Assembly (NCBI RefSeq): GCF_036321535.1
Contig: NC_087436.1
Coordinates: 46,068,001-46,132,000, forward strand
Reading direction: 5' to 3'
From: Camelus dromedarius
Taxonomy: Eukaryota
Length of the DNA: 64,000 nt
Shown: one piece after another, positions 1 through 13,170 of the stretch
Layout: each line of letters begins with the position of its first letter
How positions within the stretch are numbered: the stretch's first letter is position 1
Made by a program: the position numbers and the translations under genes
Notes under the pieces: generated by a model
The model's input: only the letters and a program-made list of their open reading frames with translations
Databases searched by the model: none
Told to the model about the DNA's origin: nothing

Positions 1-189
1 TGCTCCAGGGCCTCGGTATTCCAAGTGTCCTCTATGGGCTAGCAACACCCTATGCAGAAACGTGATAAAATCCTTACGCTAGTGAATCAGAACCTGCACT
101 TTAGCAAGTTCTCAGGTGACTCACACACACAAAGTTTGAGAAGGACTTTTCTAAAGCGTACAGAAGTGGGAGAGCTGCATTTTAGGGTG

Positions 190-935
190 TAGTTATCTTC
201 AATTCCACTGATGCCAAACTTCCTTAAAATGCTGAACCAATAAATCCTCCTACCAACACTGTCCACAACTTTCCTGGAACTCCACATCTTTGCCATCCCT
301 TGGTATAGTCAGTCTTTCAAAGTCTTCCAAAGTTCTATCATTCTGCCACTAGGCATAAGTAGATACTTCATTCTAGTTTTAATTTGCTTTTCCCTGATTA
401 TTAATAAGATTGAGTATGTTTTCAGTTCATCTGTGAAATGCCTTTTCGAGTATTTTTATCTTGGGTTGTTGGTCTTTTCCTTACTGGTTTTGTGTTATTA
501 GTGTATTCTGGATAAAATACTGCAACTACTTTTTTTCCTCCCAGTTCATGGCTTGTCTTTTTGTTTTCTTTATGTTGCCTTTCAATGAAGAAAACTTCTT
601 AATTAGAAATTAGTCAAGTTTATCACGCTTACTCCTTATGGCTAACTAGCACTGTGTGTGGTGTCCTTAAGAAATCCTTCCCGTGCTCGCTTCGGCAGCA
701 TGTACACTAAAATTGGAACAATACAGAGAAGATTAGCATGGCCCCTGTGCAAGGATGACACGCAAATTCATGAAGTGTTCCATACTTTGTGCCCCTCCCC
801 AGGGTCTGCACACCCTTTAGAAGGGGAAAAAAAATCCTTCCCTTCTCCAAGGTTCTTTCATATTTTCTCCGAAAAGTTTTAAAGGTTTGCCTTTTTGCAC
901 TTAAGTATTTATTTCACCTGTAATTTATTTTATGC
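190..935 (-). mobile_element. Old L1 (L1M/L1ME-like) fragment hosting the U6 insertion
   Basis: Antisense L1 ORF2 3' motifs (ttttaatttgcttttccctgatt, gtattctggata, ttaagaaatccttccc|ttctccaagg) continue across the U6 insert. Confidence 0.65.
683..788 (+). pseudogene. RNU6: U6 snRNA retropseudogene, full length, in SEC24B intron 2 (antisense)
   Basis: GTGCTCGCTTCGGCAGCA...ACAGAGAAGATTAGCATGGCCCCTG...GTTCCATACTTT. I count 8 transitions against canonical U6, 4 of them at CpGs. No PSE/TATA upstream. TSD aaatccttccc at 672-682 and 832-842. Confidence 0.95.
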
Positions 936-944
936 ATGGATAAT

Positions 945-1230
945 TCATCCTTCAGACTGCAGCTCACATATCTGTTATCAGGGAAAACATCCCTAAGCTC
1001 CATGACTAACAGGCCAGATATACCTAGATTACTCTCACCAAGCAGTATAAATCTCTGCTTCATGATAAATAATGAAGCAATTTTACATTCATTTGTGTTT
1101 ATTTCGATAATGTTTGCTTCCCCAAGTAAACTGCAAACTTCATGAGGATAAGAGTCAAGTCTTTCTACTTGCTATTTTATCTCCCAGCACTAAAACACCT
1201 GGCTTTCAAATATTTATCAAATTAATGGAG
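945..1230 (+). mobile_element. L2 3' fragment
   Basis: ttcatccttcagactgcagctca...aaactgcaaacttcatgaggataagag...tatctcccagcac, typical of the L2 3' end. Confidence 0.55.
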
Positions 1231-1529
1231 ACAAGTTCCACAAGTATTAAGGACCACAAAAGCATGCCAGTCAAAAAACAAACAAACAAAAAAAATTCAA
1301 CAACACCAAAACTGCCCCCTTCACAAAGAGAATCCAACAGAAGAAATATGGGATATTTAGAGACAGAACCCACAATTCAAAAATAAATCACTTGTCTATT
1401 CATCCATCTATCTATCTATCTATCCATCTATCGGCATTAAGGTAGTTCCCTTGTTAGTTCTTAGTATCTCCTTAGTAACTGTACATGTAGTTCTTTTGAA
1501 ACCAGGGAGATTATGTAAAGTCTTGGCTA

Positions 1530-1900
1530 ATAGCACCACTATCCATCCAAGTTGTTCAAGCTAGAAAATTAAAGTCAAATTTTATTATTCCTTTTCCTTC
1601 ATAAACCGTATCAATGAATCCTTAAAATCATCTTTCATCATCTGTCTTCTGTCTAAATGAATCCTAACCTATGTCATCATCCTTCATTTAGATAACTGTA
1701 GTAATTCCTTCCTAGTTGGTCTTCCTGACTCCAAGCCCTCCGGCCTATCTACCACACTGTCCACAGAAGAAAATTCTGAAACACAAATCTGATAGTCACA
1801 ATCATGCTGAAAAACTTCTGATGGCTGCTGCTTACATACAGGACCACACTGACATTTTCCCTTCATCAGTTCCTCTCCTCTCACCTTTCCAACGTCACAG
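1530..1900 (+). mobile_element. L2 fragment
   Basis: caccactatccatccaagttgttcaagctagaaa...cctagttggtcttcctgactcc...aaacacaaatctgat. Confidence 0.6.
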
Positions 1901-4139
1901 CCCAGCAGAAACTGAGACACCAGGAAAAGGATAACTGATAATGGCAAGTTTTGAAGGAAGTGATCACAAAGATGGACAGCTCATCTTCTGAGCTTGAAGG
2001 AGTAAATATAGAAAAATTTACAGGTGGACGGTACAAAGCTGAGAAAAGATGATAAGGTTCAAGAGTAGCTTTGGAAAAACTGAAGGAGTGTTTAAGTATG
2101 AAGGAGTAACACTGCGTTATTCCTATCTCACAACTCCGCAATCTCATCACAAGTTTTCAAAGCTGAAAATAATCTCTTTATTGTAGTATTTGTACCTCCA
2201 ATGTGGGTTCTTAACTTACTTCTAACCCGTGTTTCTTTATCCAGATAGTCATCTCCTACAGGGTATTTATTTATTGTTTTCCCTCAGACACATCACCACC
2301 CTGAGATGATACATATGTTAACTTATCAGCAATTATATCTTAGTGTCATGTTATGTTGAGGATTTTTATACAAAGATTGTATAAACGTTATTATTATTTT
2401 TATGAATAGCTTTAAAAATACTGGTTTTATAAAATTATACGTAGTAAAACAGCATTAATCAGATAGTACTACTGCACAACATGCTATCAAGATGTGATCC
2501 TTATTAAAGCTGTACTCCTCAACTAACTTCATCTCAAACTAAGAGCTTCTGAACCTTGAGAAATGTACCTACAATGACAGTTCAAAAAATTTTTAATGGC
2601 CTCACAAAGTGACACCTTTTAAACATTAGCCAAAATTTCAGACTAAGTTAACAACTAAACATAGCACCCAAACATACATACTATGTTTTTAATAAAATAA
2701 TCTGAAATTCTACTACTAAATTATACTAATGTGCTTTTCTAAAATAAAAAGGCAAACGAGTTAACATTTAAATGTCTCTTTTATTCCACATCTCTAAATA
2801 TGAACTCACTGCTTAAGAATTTTTACTATACTACCTGAAAATGAAACTAATATAATCAAGTTATAAAAATGCAACAATTTTACCAATTATTCAAAGATTG
2901 ATTTTCATACAAAACTATGTTTAATACCTAAGACTCTCATTTAAATGTGACAAAATAATTAAAGAGTGCCAAAAACAATTAAACTGCTTGTCTTTCTAGA
3001 AAATGAAGATCAATATACCCATGGTTCCCAAACCTTGTACTTAGGCACCCAAGTTGCCCTTGGAACAAACTCAGAGTTCCAAAGGATGTTTTAAATTTTC
3101 AAGAGAAACACAGCGACATCTGTCAAAAACCTTATGTACTACTAAGATGCGTGGGGCACCATGAAAAAAAAAAATCAAGAAACATGAACTGAGAAAGTTT
3201 AGGAACTTCTGTAATATTTAATTTTAAAGTAGGTTTTTAAAGTAATCTCTTTCTTTTGAGGCATCAGTCATATTAACCTGAGATGTATTTAATTTGTCCA
3301 CTTCCGAACTACAACTAAAAAGTCATTTATCAATCTAAAGGCAAAAAAGAAAAAAAGTGCCACTTTTTAACACAAATTAACTTCTAAAATTATATAATCC
3401 TATATCTTTGCATAAATTCGTTCCATCTAGGGTCCCATTCCCATCTCAGAAATAAGATAGGAATTACCTGCGTTTCTTCTTTTTTTGTCACGAAAATCAC
3501 AAAATCCTTAAGTCAGAGGGACCTTAGGAAAAGCTGATCTTTGAAAGGACTGCTGAAAGAAGAGAGAAAGAAAACAGAATTTCTAGGGGACAAAGCCCTG
3601 GTTCTGAGAAGGGGAGACAGAGTCAGAAGAAACTGAGCTCCCAGATGAGCTGTTTCTAACATTAATGACCACAGGAAACCCAATTAAGATTGCTTTCTTC
3701 ATTTGTAAAACAAAAGGACTACAGTATACTTTGGATCTGTTGCTAGGCCTCACTTGAGATCAAGTCAGAAATACAGATTCCTAAGGCTGCCCCGGAGGTT
3801 CTGTTCTAGCTCAGTAGGTTGGGTTTAAAGGTCACAGTCTGTGCAAGGGAATCTGGTGCACAGCCAGATTTGGGAACCGTGACAGATGCTTCAAGCTGAC
3901 TTACTCAAGACCCAGTCAATGCCAAACCCCTTCTTTCTTGCCTGCCTCTAACATGGAGGCTACAAAGCTAATTATTCATTTTCCAGCCTTCCCTAAAATT
4001 ACGGACGGTCCTTTAAAAGAGCTATGGCAAATGATATGTAAAATGAAGTCTGTCAATGCCACGAGCCCATCTTCTTTCCTCTCCTTTCTTTCTGCTTTTA
4101 ACTCTGAACTTGATGTCTACAGGTGCAGAAGTTATCTTA

Positions 4140-4305
4140 TTTCTATGAAGCAACAAGGGAAGCACAGCAGAGTGGAAAGAGAGAAAAGATTCTGAGGACA
4201 TATGGAGCCACTGCATCTGCCTAGACCTCTTGTTATGTGAGAAAAATGCCACTTTTTTTGTTTAAACCACTATAACTTGCTTGTAGCCCAAAGTGTTTCT
4301 AAACA
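4140..4305 (+). mobile_element. Old MaLR LTR fragment (MLT1J/L-like)
   Basis: ctagacctcttgttatgtgagaaaaat...tgtttaaaccact...cttgtagcccaaagtgtttctaa. Confidence 0.5.
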
Positions 4306-5295
4306 GCATAGCAAAGAAAGAATAGATGATTTCAAATGTACAGTTGAGATCTAATAGTTTAAAGTTCTAATTTTAAATAATCTAATTGTCCAGGGAAAGA
4401 TACTGTTCTACAAACCCTTGACACATGGCTATCTAGACTCTGATATACACCCAAAGACGTCATTCAGAAAGCGATCACAGCTTTACCAACTCCCATTCTG
4501 TGCATACATCTCATTCAGTTCAAGAGCAGATTTTGTTAAGTTCAAGTTCACAAGCTGAATTAAATTGAATATATCCTATGCAAATCCTCACACTAAAAAA
4601 CTACATACCTTGCATACATAACTTTTAAACAAATAAATTTAACCAGATCTTGGTTTAAGAAGGTCAGAAAAACTAATTACAAGGGTATTTTTCATGTATC
4701 TTTCTCTACCTTCCCCATCCTACATCCTAACTTACCAATGTGGGACTGAGAAAACATCAGCTTTAATGTTTAGGAAATGTATCTTCTGTGAGAGTCACTA
4801 ATAAGGGTTCACTTGGAGAAACCAGTGTGGCACCACAGGCCATTGTCTTTTCTACAGTGAATGGGGCTATGGCCGGAACAGTAAGTTCAACCTGCCCCAA
4901 GGTTGAACAAGTATAAAAAAGAAGGCAGTGACTAACAAAGCATATCTCCAAATGGACCCTTCCATTTTGCCCTATATCCAACTCACATTAAAGACAACTA
5001 CTGCAGAGGCACGAAAACATATCAATAAATAAGTATCAACCGAATCCCAGTCATGGCAAGGAGCCATGCTATACAAGGCAGATGGCTGGGTGGCTAACTG
5101 TGACTGGGTAAAAGAGAAGGGTTCAGGGAGATGCTGCAAAATCCCATAATGAAAACAGCAAATAAACTGCAAGAGTGAGCTCATTTTCAATTTTTCAATC
5201 AGGCACTATTTTCTTTAACCTTTATGCAAATAAAAATCAGATTGGAAATGCAGTGATTTTCAACCATGCTTTGGTGAACTTTTCATTCAACTTAC

Positions 5296-6042
5296 CAGTG
5301 TTTGTTGGGTTGTTGTTGGCCGCAACCTGGGAGGTGTGGTTTCGGATTAGATTGTCCTGGGTTGATGGAAGGCCTGGAGCTGACCATGAGAAAGTACTGT
5401 ATCCTGAAAGACTCTGCTGCTGCTGGTACTGTTGTGACGGTGGAGGTGGAAGTGGTGATGGATGGCTGACAGCCGTGTTTTGACCAGAAAGTGAACTCTC
5501 TCGAATTGGCCTGACAGTCAGAGCACTCTGTGAGGTAAGCATCTGTTGCCTGTATGGATCACCAGCAGGTAGAGAGGGATATGGAACACTAGGATACGAA
5601 GCATTAGAAACAGCTGACAGAGCATAGTGACCACACGTAGAGGGAAGTCCCTGAGAAGCAACAGAGGAATTGACAGAGTACATGGCTGGACTATTGTAAT
5701 GATTCACAAAAGAGGAGTACGGCTGGGAGGCACTCGTTTGCAAATGTGATGCTGATGACGTGGCACCTTGGAAAGATCCCAGAGCGGATCCCACAACGTG
5801 AGGAGCAGGAGGAACCCTGCCATACATCTGCTGTGCTCCTGGTTGTTGGCTTGCTGTGTTAGGAGTCACCACATTTTGAGTTGGTACCGTATAGGGACCA
5901 GGGTAGTAATCACCAGACTGGCTATCCAATGGCAATGAGGTCATTTTCCCAGGTCCTTGAGAGTAATGTCCTGAGGGAGCAACATAGTTTTGAGGATATA
6001 ATCCATACCCAGATGGAACCTGCATTTGATTCTGTGCTGGAC
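5296..6042 (-). CDS. SEC24B: SEC24B coding exon 2 (GPAQNQMQVPSGYG...NNNPTNT), low-complexity S/P/Q/Y-rich N-terminal region
   Basis: Lies inside ORF 5237-6112 and matches recalled SEC24B. Acceptor tttgcttttctttttcag|GT at 6043/6042, donor ACTG|GTAAG at 5296/5295. 747 nt; the phase joins exon 1 correctly (G+GT=Gly). Confidence 0.96.
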
Positions 6043-6188
6043 CTGAAAAAGAAAAGCAAATACTCACAGGGATTAGCAGGAAGGTGACTTCATTTTTAGG
6101 CATAGTTCCCATCTAAATATTGCCCTAATTTACTTACCTCTTCATAATCCCAAACTGTTACAAGAGACATATACTACGATAGACTCAC

Positions 6189-6721
6189 TGTGGGAGCTAG
6201 CCTCCAAGATGCCCCACAATGATCCCACCTCCTGGTATCACATCCTTGTGTCTGAATTCACATCTTCCCACAATATACCAGGACTAGACTGTGTGATCAA
6301 TAGCATAGAGCAGAGGTAATGATATATGATATATCACTTCCAAGATCTGTCCAGTTTCAGGTGCTGGCTCTCTCCTAGATCATTTCACTCATTGTGGAAG
6401 AACAAAGCTGCCAAGTTGTGAAAAGCCCTCTGGAGAAACCCAAGAGTAAGGAACTGAACTCTCTGACCAACAACCAAAGAGAAACTGAGGCCTGCCGACA
6501 AGCCCGTGGGTGAGCTTGGAAGCAGGCCCTTCACACCCAGTAGAGTCCTGAGGTAACGAGAGCCCCAGCTGCCAGCCTGACAACAGTCTCGTGAGACCCT
6601 AAGCCAGAACCCCCAGCTAGGCTGTTTCATGTCCCTCAGAAACCATGAGATTAAACATCTGTTGTTTTAGGTTGGTAAGTTTTGGGATATTTTGTCATGC
6701 AGCAACAGGTAACTAATATAA
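6189..6721 (+). mobile_element. MaLR solo LTR (MLT1F/G-like)
   Basis: Starts tgtgggagctagcctccaagatg, has an internal gaggaactga-like segment, ends ttgtcatgcagcaacaggtaactaatata. Confidence 0.8.
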
Positions 6722-6769
6722 CTAGCATGGAAGAAGTTCAAATCTTTCTTGTTGGCTTTTTTTTTTTTA

Positions 6770-7740
6770 AACTGTAAAAGTAACATCATACCCACTGTTT
6801 AAAAAAAAAAATTCAAACAATGAAGAATATAAAGTGAAAAGTACAAGTCCCCTTCACTCCTTGGTAGCTGATATCCTACTTCGCAAGTGTAGCCACAGTT
6901 AATGGTTTCTTGTGTATCCTTTGTACACCTATGTGTATACATGTAATGTACATAGAAGCATATATATTTAAACACACAAATAAGGATCATATTACAGTTT
7001 AGCAACTTGCTTTTTTTTTATCTAATATATCCTGGATATCCTTCTGTGTTAGCTACATAAATCTTCATTATTTTCCTAAAAAATCTATATAGTATTTCAC
7101 TGTAGAGACATTATTTACCAAATTTCCATTGATGAGTATTTATTCCAGGGAGTGAACTAATTTATAAGATCAACTTCTGTGATGAATCTGCAGGATAAGT
7201 TCCTAGATGTGAAACTGGATGTTCAAAGGGTTTGTGCTTTTAAAATTGACCATTATTGCCAAATATCTCTCCAGAAAGGCCTATCAATTTATACTGCCCA
7301 TCAGTAATGCTTAAGAATGCCTCATCTCAACAATGAGTACCATTTTAATCTTTGCCAATCTAATAAGTGAGAAACATTTTAGTTAGTAGTACTTAACTCT
7401 TAACTCTTTTGGGTGTCTGTCTCTGTTACTTGCCCTTTTCCACAGGATTGTACTTTCCTTAATAATTTATAAATGTTCTTGTATGTTAAGAAATTTAACC
7501 ATATGTTATTATTATGTGCTGTCTGTATTTTCCTTCAGGTTACTGTTTGTCTTTTGACTTTGTTTATGTTGTCTTTTGCTGTAGTTCCTCAATTACTATG
7601 TAGTAAAATCCGTCATGCTTGATGAATTTTCATACTTGGTAGAGCCTTCCTCATACCAATATTAGAAAACAATATACCCATGTCTTTTCCTAGTGCCTTT
7701 AATACTTCCATTTTTATGTATTTACATCTTTGATCACTAC
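6770..7740 (-). mobile_element. Old L1ME-like 3' region
   Basis: Antisense L1ME motifs (tattgccaaatatctctccagaaagg, tttaatctttgccaatct, ttgtcttttgactttgtttatg). Confidence 0.65.
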
Positions 7741-7809
7741 AAAATGTACTTTTATCAATATAATTAAAGTTAACAATACTAATTTCATTAATAGTCTAAA
7801 TATTATTAA

Positions 7810-8030
7810 ACCTATTACAGTGTGTGCCACTCACTGTTCTAAATGCTTTACATATATGCACTCCTTGAATCCTCCTCACAGCCTCATGAAGTAAACAGGA
7901 TCATTATAACCCCTATATAAATAAGATAAATGAAGCACAAAAGTTAAGTCATTTAATACAGTCACATACTTAGGAAGTAACAAGGCTCGGATCTGATTCA
8001 AATAACCTGGCTCAAGTCCATGCTTTTAAA
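7810..8030 (-). mobile_element. MIR SINE
   Basis: tgtgccactcactgttctaaatgctttaca...aatcctcctcacagcctcatgaagta...gttaagtcattt...gtcacata. Confidence 0.65.
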
Positions 8031-10279
8031 CAATGATCTGCTGGCCCTCACTACACTAAAATCCCACTAGCTTTCTTTAGCCCAGAAGATGGTCAATTGT
8101 CCCAAACAATGGAGCTCTAGTCTTAGTTCCAAGGGCAGACTTTAATTACCCTAGAATCTAATTTTCCTATCTTGTGGAAGGAAATAGATATCTGTGCTAC
8201 ACAGGAAATGAAAGGATAACAACAACAAAATTCATGAGCTGTTTTAAGTTCTCTGACACAAAGAAAGTACCACTGCATTCTGTGCCATAATAATGTATAA
8301 AAACAGAAAAATAGAAAAATATGTGTTTATAAAAGATATGTGAATAATTTCCTTAGTCTGTTTTCACCTCTGACTAAATAATGCAATGGAATCCTAATCT
8401 TTGGCTATTTAAATACATAGCCCATGGTAGACACAGACAATATACACAATCAAGCTGTGAAGAAAAAATAATACCCATACGTCTGTAATTCCAAGAGGTA
8501 TACAGAGAGCCTAAACTCGGATAACACTGTTTTCCTAAGTATATAGTTTACTTTTCTTACAGGATATTTTACATGATCATAGTTCACCTATAATAATATA
8601 TTTACTTAAAAGGAAATAAGTCAACAGGAATCTTTCATTAACATGCCAAAAAGAAAAAAAAGTAAATTGAATGTTCCCCTCCCTCTCTGAATTAAATGTA
8701 TTTTTTAAAAACAGATTTACTACTCTTCATTACAGTCTCAGAAAATCCAACACTGGTACAAATTTATCAGTCAAGAGAAGAGCCAAGTCAGAGTTAGACA
8801 AATGTGTTTAAATATCTACCGCTTCATGATTGATTTGGCTCATCCATGCTACATGATCTGAAAAAAGGAAAATAATCATCATCATGTCCAAGCTACACAA
8901 ATTCCATTTTTCTAAAAATAACAGGGATGTTGTATCTGCTGAAATTTATTGGAAGCCAATTACCCATCAAAAAAAGCCTATTTACTTTTCAATCCATCAA
9001 GGAAAGGAAGGTACTTACTTTGGGGGGGGGGGATGAAAAGGCAGGAATAGCTAATTATACATCAATGCTTACCATTCTTCACCTGATATCAAGATCTAAA
9101 TATTCAAAAAAAATCTGAAAATAATCAAGATAATAAGTGAATCAAGACTCATTTGAAAGCAAAATTTTAAAAAATATTTTAAAACAATTTTTAAAATCCT
9201 GCACTTAAAAAGAAAAACAAACACAAGGATCATTTTAAATTGAAAGAAAATGATAACTAAGACAAGAAAATATTTTAAAATATTGTCTTACTGTGACCAA
9301 AAGGCATGCATTTTCTTTTCTTCAACTTTAAAACATATTAGATAACTCTTAATTTTCTCTTAAGGTCTACTAATATTAAAGTTTTATTTCTTCTGCATTT
9401 ATTAAAAACTGAGCTTGGCAAATATTACAAACAAATAATTTATAACACCTGTACTTTTAAAAAACAAAACATGCTCTGTAAATTTGGGGGAATTTCATTA
9501 GTGTTAGGCATTTTCATTTGCTAATATTTCCTATAACTGCCTCAGCAACTTTGGCAGTTTTAAAACATGGCCCCCAAATTCTTTGATCCTCTGCTGGTTA
9601 AAGGGTTGGGGAGGCTCTATCTACTCCCCTTGAATTTTAGCAAGCTTAGAACAGCTTCTACTAGGAAAGAATGGCAGAGGCAAAGCTGTGTGACTTCCCA
9701 GGTTTGGTTACAGACCATTGCAAAAATGTGATTTGAAAATATTTTCTTCTCATCTGTGACTGTGGGATTAAAGGACAAGCCACAGACTAGAAGAAAATAT
9801 TTGCAAATCACACGCCCAATAAAGGACTTGTTTCTAGAGTATATTAAGAACTCTTAAAACTCAACAGCAAGAAAACAGACAACCCAATCAACGTTAATTT
9901 CCTAGTTTTGATAAAGCTACCATAGTTTTATAAGACGTTAAAACATGAAAGGAAGACATAAAACTTTAGAGGAAGCTAAGTGAAGGGTACTGCATTTTCT
10001 GTACTTTGTATCCCTTCTGCAAATCTAAAATTATTGCAAAATAAGAAGTTTTTAAAACATCATTGAAATAAGTACTGGAAATGACCTACTAAATTGATTG
10101 TGTGACAAAATTTTTTAGACAAATGACTACACCAAACATAGCTACCAGAGTGATTTTCCTAAAAAGCAAATCTGATTGTTACTTCCTTGTTTAAATCTTT
10201 CTAACATCAAGGAAAAGCTTGTTTAAAGCTTGTTGCCGTCAGGGAAAAATTCAAATTCTTTAACATGGTCTGTCAGACA

Positions 10280-10620
10280 GTGGAAGATGGAGTAATCCCT
10301 CCCTCACCCCGTATGTCCATGTTCTAATCCCTGAAACCTGTTAATATGTTAGGTTACATGGCAAAGGGGAGTTAAGGTCATGGACAGTACTAAAATTGTT
10401 AAGCAGCTGACCTTAGAAGAGGGAGCATTTCCTTGGTTATCCAGGTAAGCTCAATGTAATCATGAGTCCTTAGAATTGGAAGGGGGAGGCAGAAGAGAGT
10501 GAGAGGGAGATGTGACCCAGAAGACTCCTCTGAAATACAATGTTGCTGTCTTTCAAGATGGAAAGAGTGGGCCATGAGCCAAGAGAGGTGGGCAGCCTCT
10601 AAGCCTTTAGAAGCTAGAGT
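10280..10620 (+). mobile_element. MaLR LTR (MLT1D-like), partial
   Basis: atgtccatgttctaatccctgaaacctgttaatatgttaggttacatggcaaagggg...ggccatgagccaagag...gcagcctctaag. Confidence 0.75.
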
Positions 10621-10917
10621 AAATAATCATCAAACATTTCTGTATCAAGCATTTACCTCATCACAATTACCAACAAGGACTATGTGATATTTAAACAGAA
10701 AGAATATAAAACTTCAATAGCTTCCACTATGAAATTTATACCCTACTGCCAGAATATACAAGTCTGAAGTTTTTTTCACCTTGTCATTCCACTCTTTTTA
10801 CTCTAGTAGTTCAAGTATAAAAACAGCATTCGAAACAAAAGGAATGTAAAAATCTACTGTATTTCATTATATCTAAAGGGTTTTGAAGCTGCCACTTTTT
10901 TTTTCTATCTTACCAGA

Positions 10918-11370
10918 TGTATTAGTTTCCTACTGCAAGTGTAACAAATTATCACAAACTTAGTGGCTTAAATTTACACAAATTTATTCTTTTTCAGTTC
11001 TGGAAATCAGAAGTCCAAAATTAGTTTCACTGGGCTAATGTCAAAATGTCATGGGCAAAGCTGGTTCCTTCAGAGGCTCTCAGGATAGAATCCATCTCCT
11101 TGCCTTTTTCAGCTGCGAGTGGTCACCTGCATTCCTTGGCTAACAGCCCCCTCCTTCACCTTCAAAGCACATCATCTAACCTTTGCTCCTACAGTCACAT
11201 TACTTTCTCTGCAGGCTGACTCCTCCAGTTGCTAATGAGGAAGGTTGTAATTGTATCAGGCCGACCCAGATCCAGGATAATCTCTCCAGCTCTTAATCAC
11301 AGCTGCAAAGGTTTCAGAGATTACGACGGGTGACATATTTGGGAGAGGGGACATTATTCAGTCTACCACA
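10918..11370 (-). mobile_element. MaLR solo LTR (MLT1C-like)
   Basis: tgtattagtttcct...cacaaacttagtggcttaaa...ttctggaaatcagaagtccaaaat...cattattcagtctaccaca; TG...CA termini. Confidence 0.8.
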
Positions 11371-12009
11371 TCAGGTGTCAATGCCAGATTTTCACACAAC
11401 AATATTATGACTTCCTCTTCAGTAAAACCAATTTTAAAATTCCACCAATTCTAAGATGCATCCCAATTTCAGAGGTAAAAATGTGAAAAAAAAAAAGTGT
11501 CTTAGAATCAACAAGGAATTTAATCATTGCATCCACCAAATAGCGAACAGTGTCTCATGAAAAAGCATCAACAAATGAATCACTGAAAAACAGAAAAATT
11601 CAGGTTTTATACAATGTCTGAAAGAGCTGTACATTTTTAACTTCAAGTAAGGTATGTCTGTATAAAAGAGGGAAATAGATTTATTCTGACACTCAATGTC
11701 ACAATCTGATCTGAGAAGTAAACAAAAGATTTTTTAAAAAATAGTCTATAGACCTTTTCAGTGCAGCCTGACTGATATTAGCATATACAAGATAGATACA
11801 GCCTCTGAATTTCTATAAGCATCTACATCCTCCTTGGCCAGAGTAAATTATCACAACATGTACCCAAAGAATACATCTGCCTCAGTGACACAATCTCCTT
11901 CCAGAGATTAGATCCCACCAAAGGAAAATTGATTCTATTCCTGCTTTAAGCAAACCTGACATAAAAATCAAAACTTACAAAGCAAGTAGTTACATCTAGT
12001 CACTGTACA

Positions 12010-12218
12010 AATTTGCAGACACACATTACTATATATAAAATAGATAAACAAAAGGTAATACTGTACAGCACAGGGAACTATATTCAAGATCTTATAGTAA
12101 CCTATAATGAAAGAATATGAAAACGAATATATGTATGTATATGTATGAATGAAACATTATGCTGTACACCAGAAACTGACACAACATTGTAAACTGACTA
12201 TACTACAAATTAAAAAAA
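12010..12218 (+). mobile_element. 5'-truncated artiodactyl-type L1 3'UTR
   Basis: actatatataaaatagataaac...tacagcacagggaactatattcaa...caacattgtaaactgactatac followed by an A tail. Confidence 0.85.
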
Positions 12219-12974
12219 GTTTTCATTATCTTCAAAAGAACATCAAGGTCAGCAAAGTACAAGCTCCTCTATCCTAGGGAGATACAATTCATACTAATAT
12301 AGAAACAGAATCAGATCTAAGAATGTAATTCATTCATTACTGAACTACCAAAAAGTAGGTCAATACTCAGGCAGTATGCACTTTTTAACAATCATTCTTA
12401 TTAAAACATTAAAATACTCCTGAACCAGTTAGTAAACAGTCACAGCCCTGACCCTGCTTCCCTGTGACACCCCACCATGCTGGCCCCTTGCCCCAGACCT
12501 GTTCATGATCCAGCAACTAAAGGACTAATGCCTGGCACATTACAGTCTGACAAAATCTTGCTCTAATGTCAAGGTTGGTATCCATTCAGTGGTCAGTACA
12601 CATAGTACTGATTACCAAATATTCTGAATATACAACCCCTACCAATAAAGCATCAATAGCATTGCTAAAATACATGTTTTAGTGAGCATAAAATGTACAC
12701 ACACACCCCTAAAAAAATCTGCAACTAGAAACCCGAGTGAATTAAAAAATGGGGAGTTCCAATCATCTGGATAGCCTGGATTATTCTTCCTAATGGAGGG
12801 CTAATAGCTACAAAGGTAATTGTTCAGTCACTGTTGGCAGACACAGCCTGTGCAACCATTTAGATGAAATCTCACTGCATTAAGCACAGATTATTCCGGC
12901 CACTACATCAGTCATTCTCTCTGGATGCCACGATAATGTGTGCTAAGAGTGAAAGAACAAAAGGAAAACCAGTG

Positions 12975-13170
12975 TTGGTTGAAAACCTACTACATGCCAT
13001 GTACTCTGCCTTTCTATATATAACCTTATATAATTTTCCCAACAACCCTGTAAAGTATCAGTATGGTCATTTCACAAACAAACAGGGACATGAAAGTCAC
13101 TAATTCATACAGGGTCACATAGCTGGGAAGTAGTGAAGAAGTCAGGCATCGCAGGTTCCAAAGCCCATTT
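12975..13170 (-). mobile_element. MIR SINE
   Basis: acctactacatgcc...cccaacaaccctgtaaagta...catttcacaa...ggtcacatagct. Confidence 0.6.

Noticed and set aside
683..788. Functional U6 snRNA gene
   Set aside because: No PSE/TATA/DSE upstream (flank is old L1), CpG-decay mutations, broken terminator, and a TSD plus A tail indicate a retrocopy.
6043..6112. In-frame intronic ATGs (6112, 6103) as an alternative SEC24B start
   Set aside because: The extension runs through the polypyrimidine tract/branch region, no promoter is evident, and the adjacent MLT1 LTR points the opposite way.
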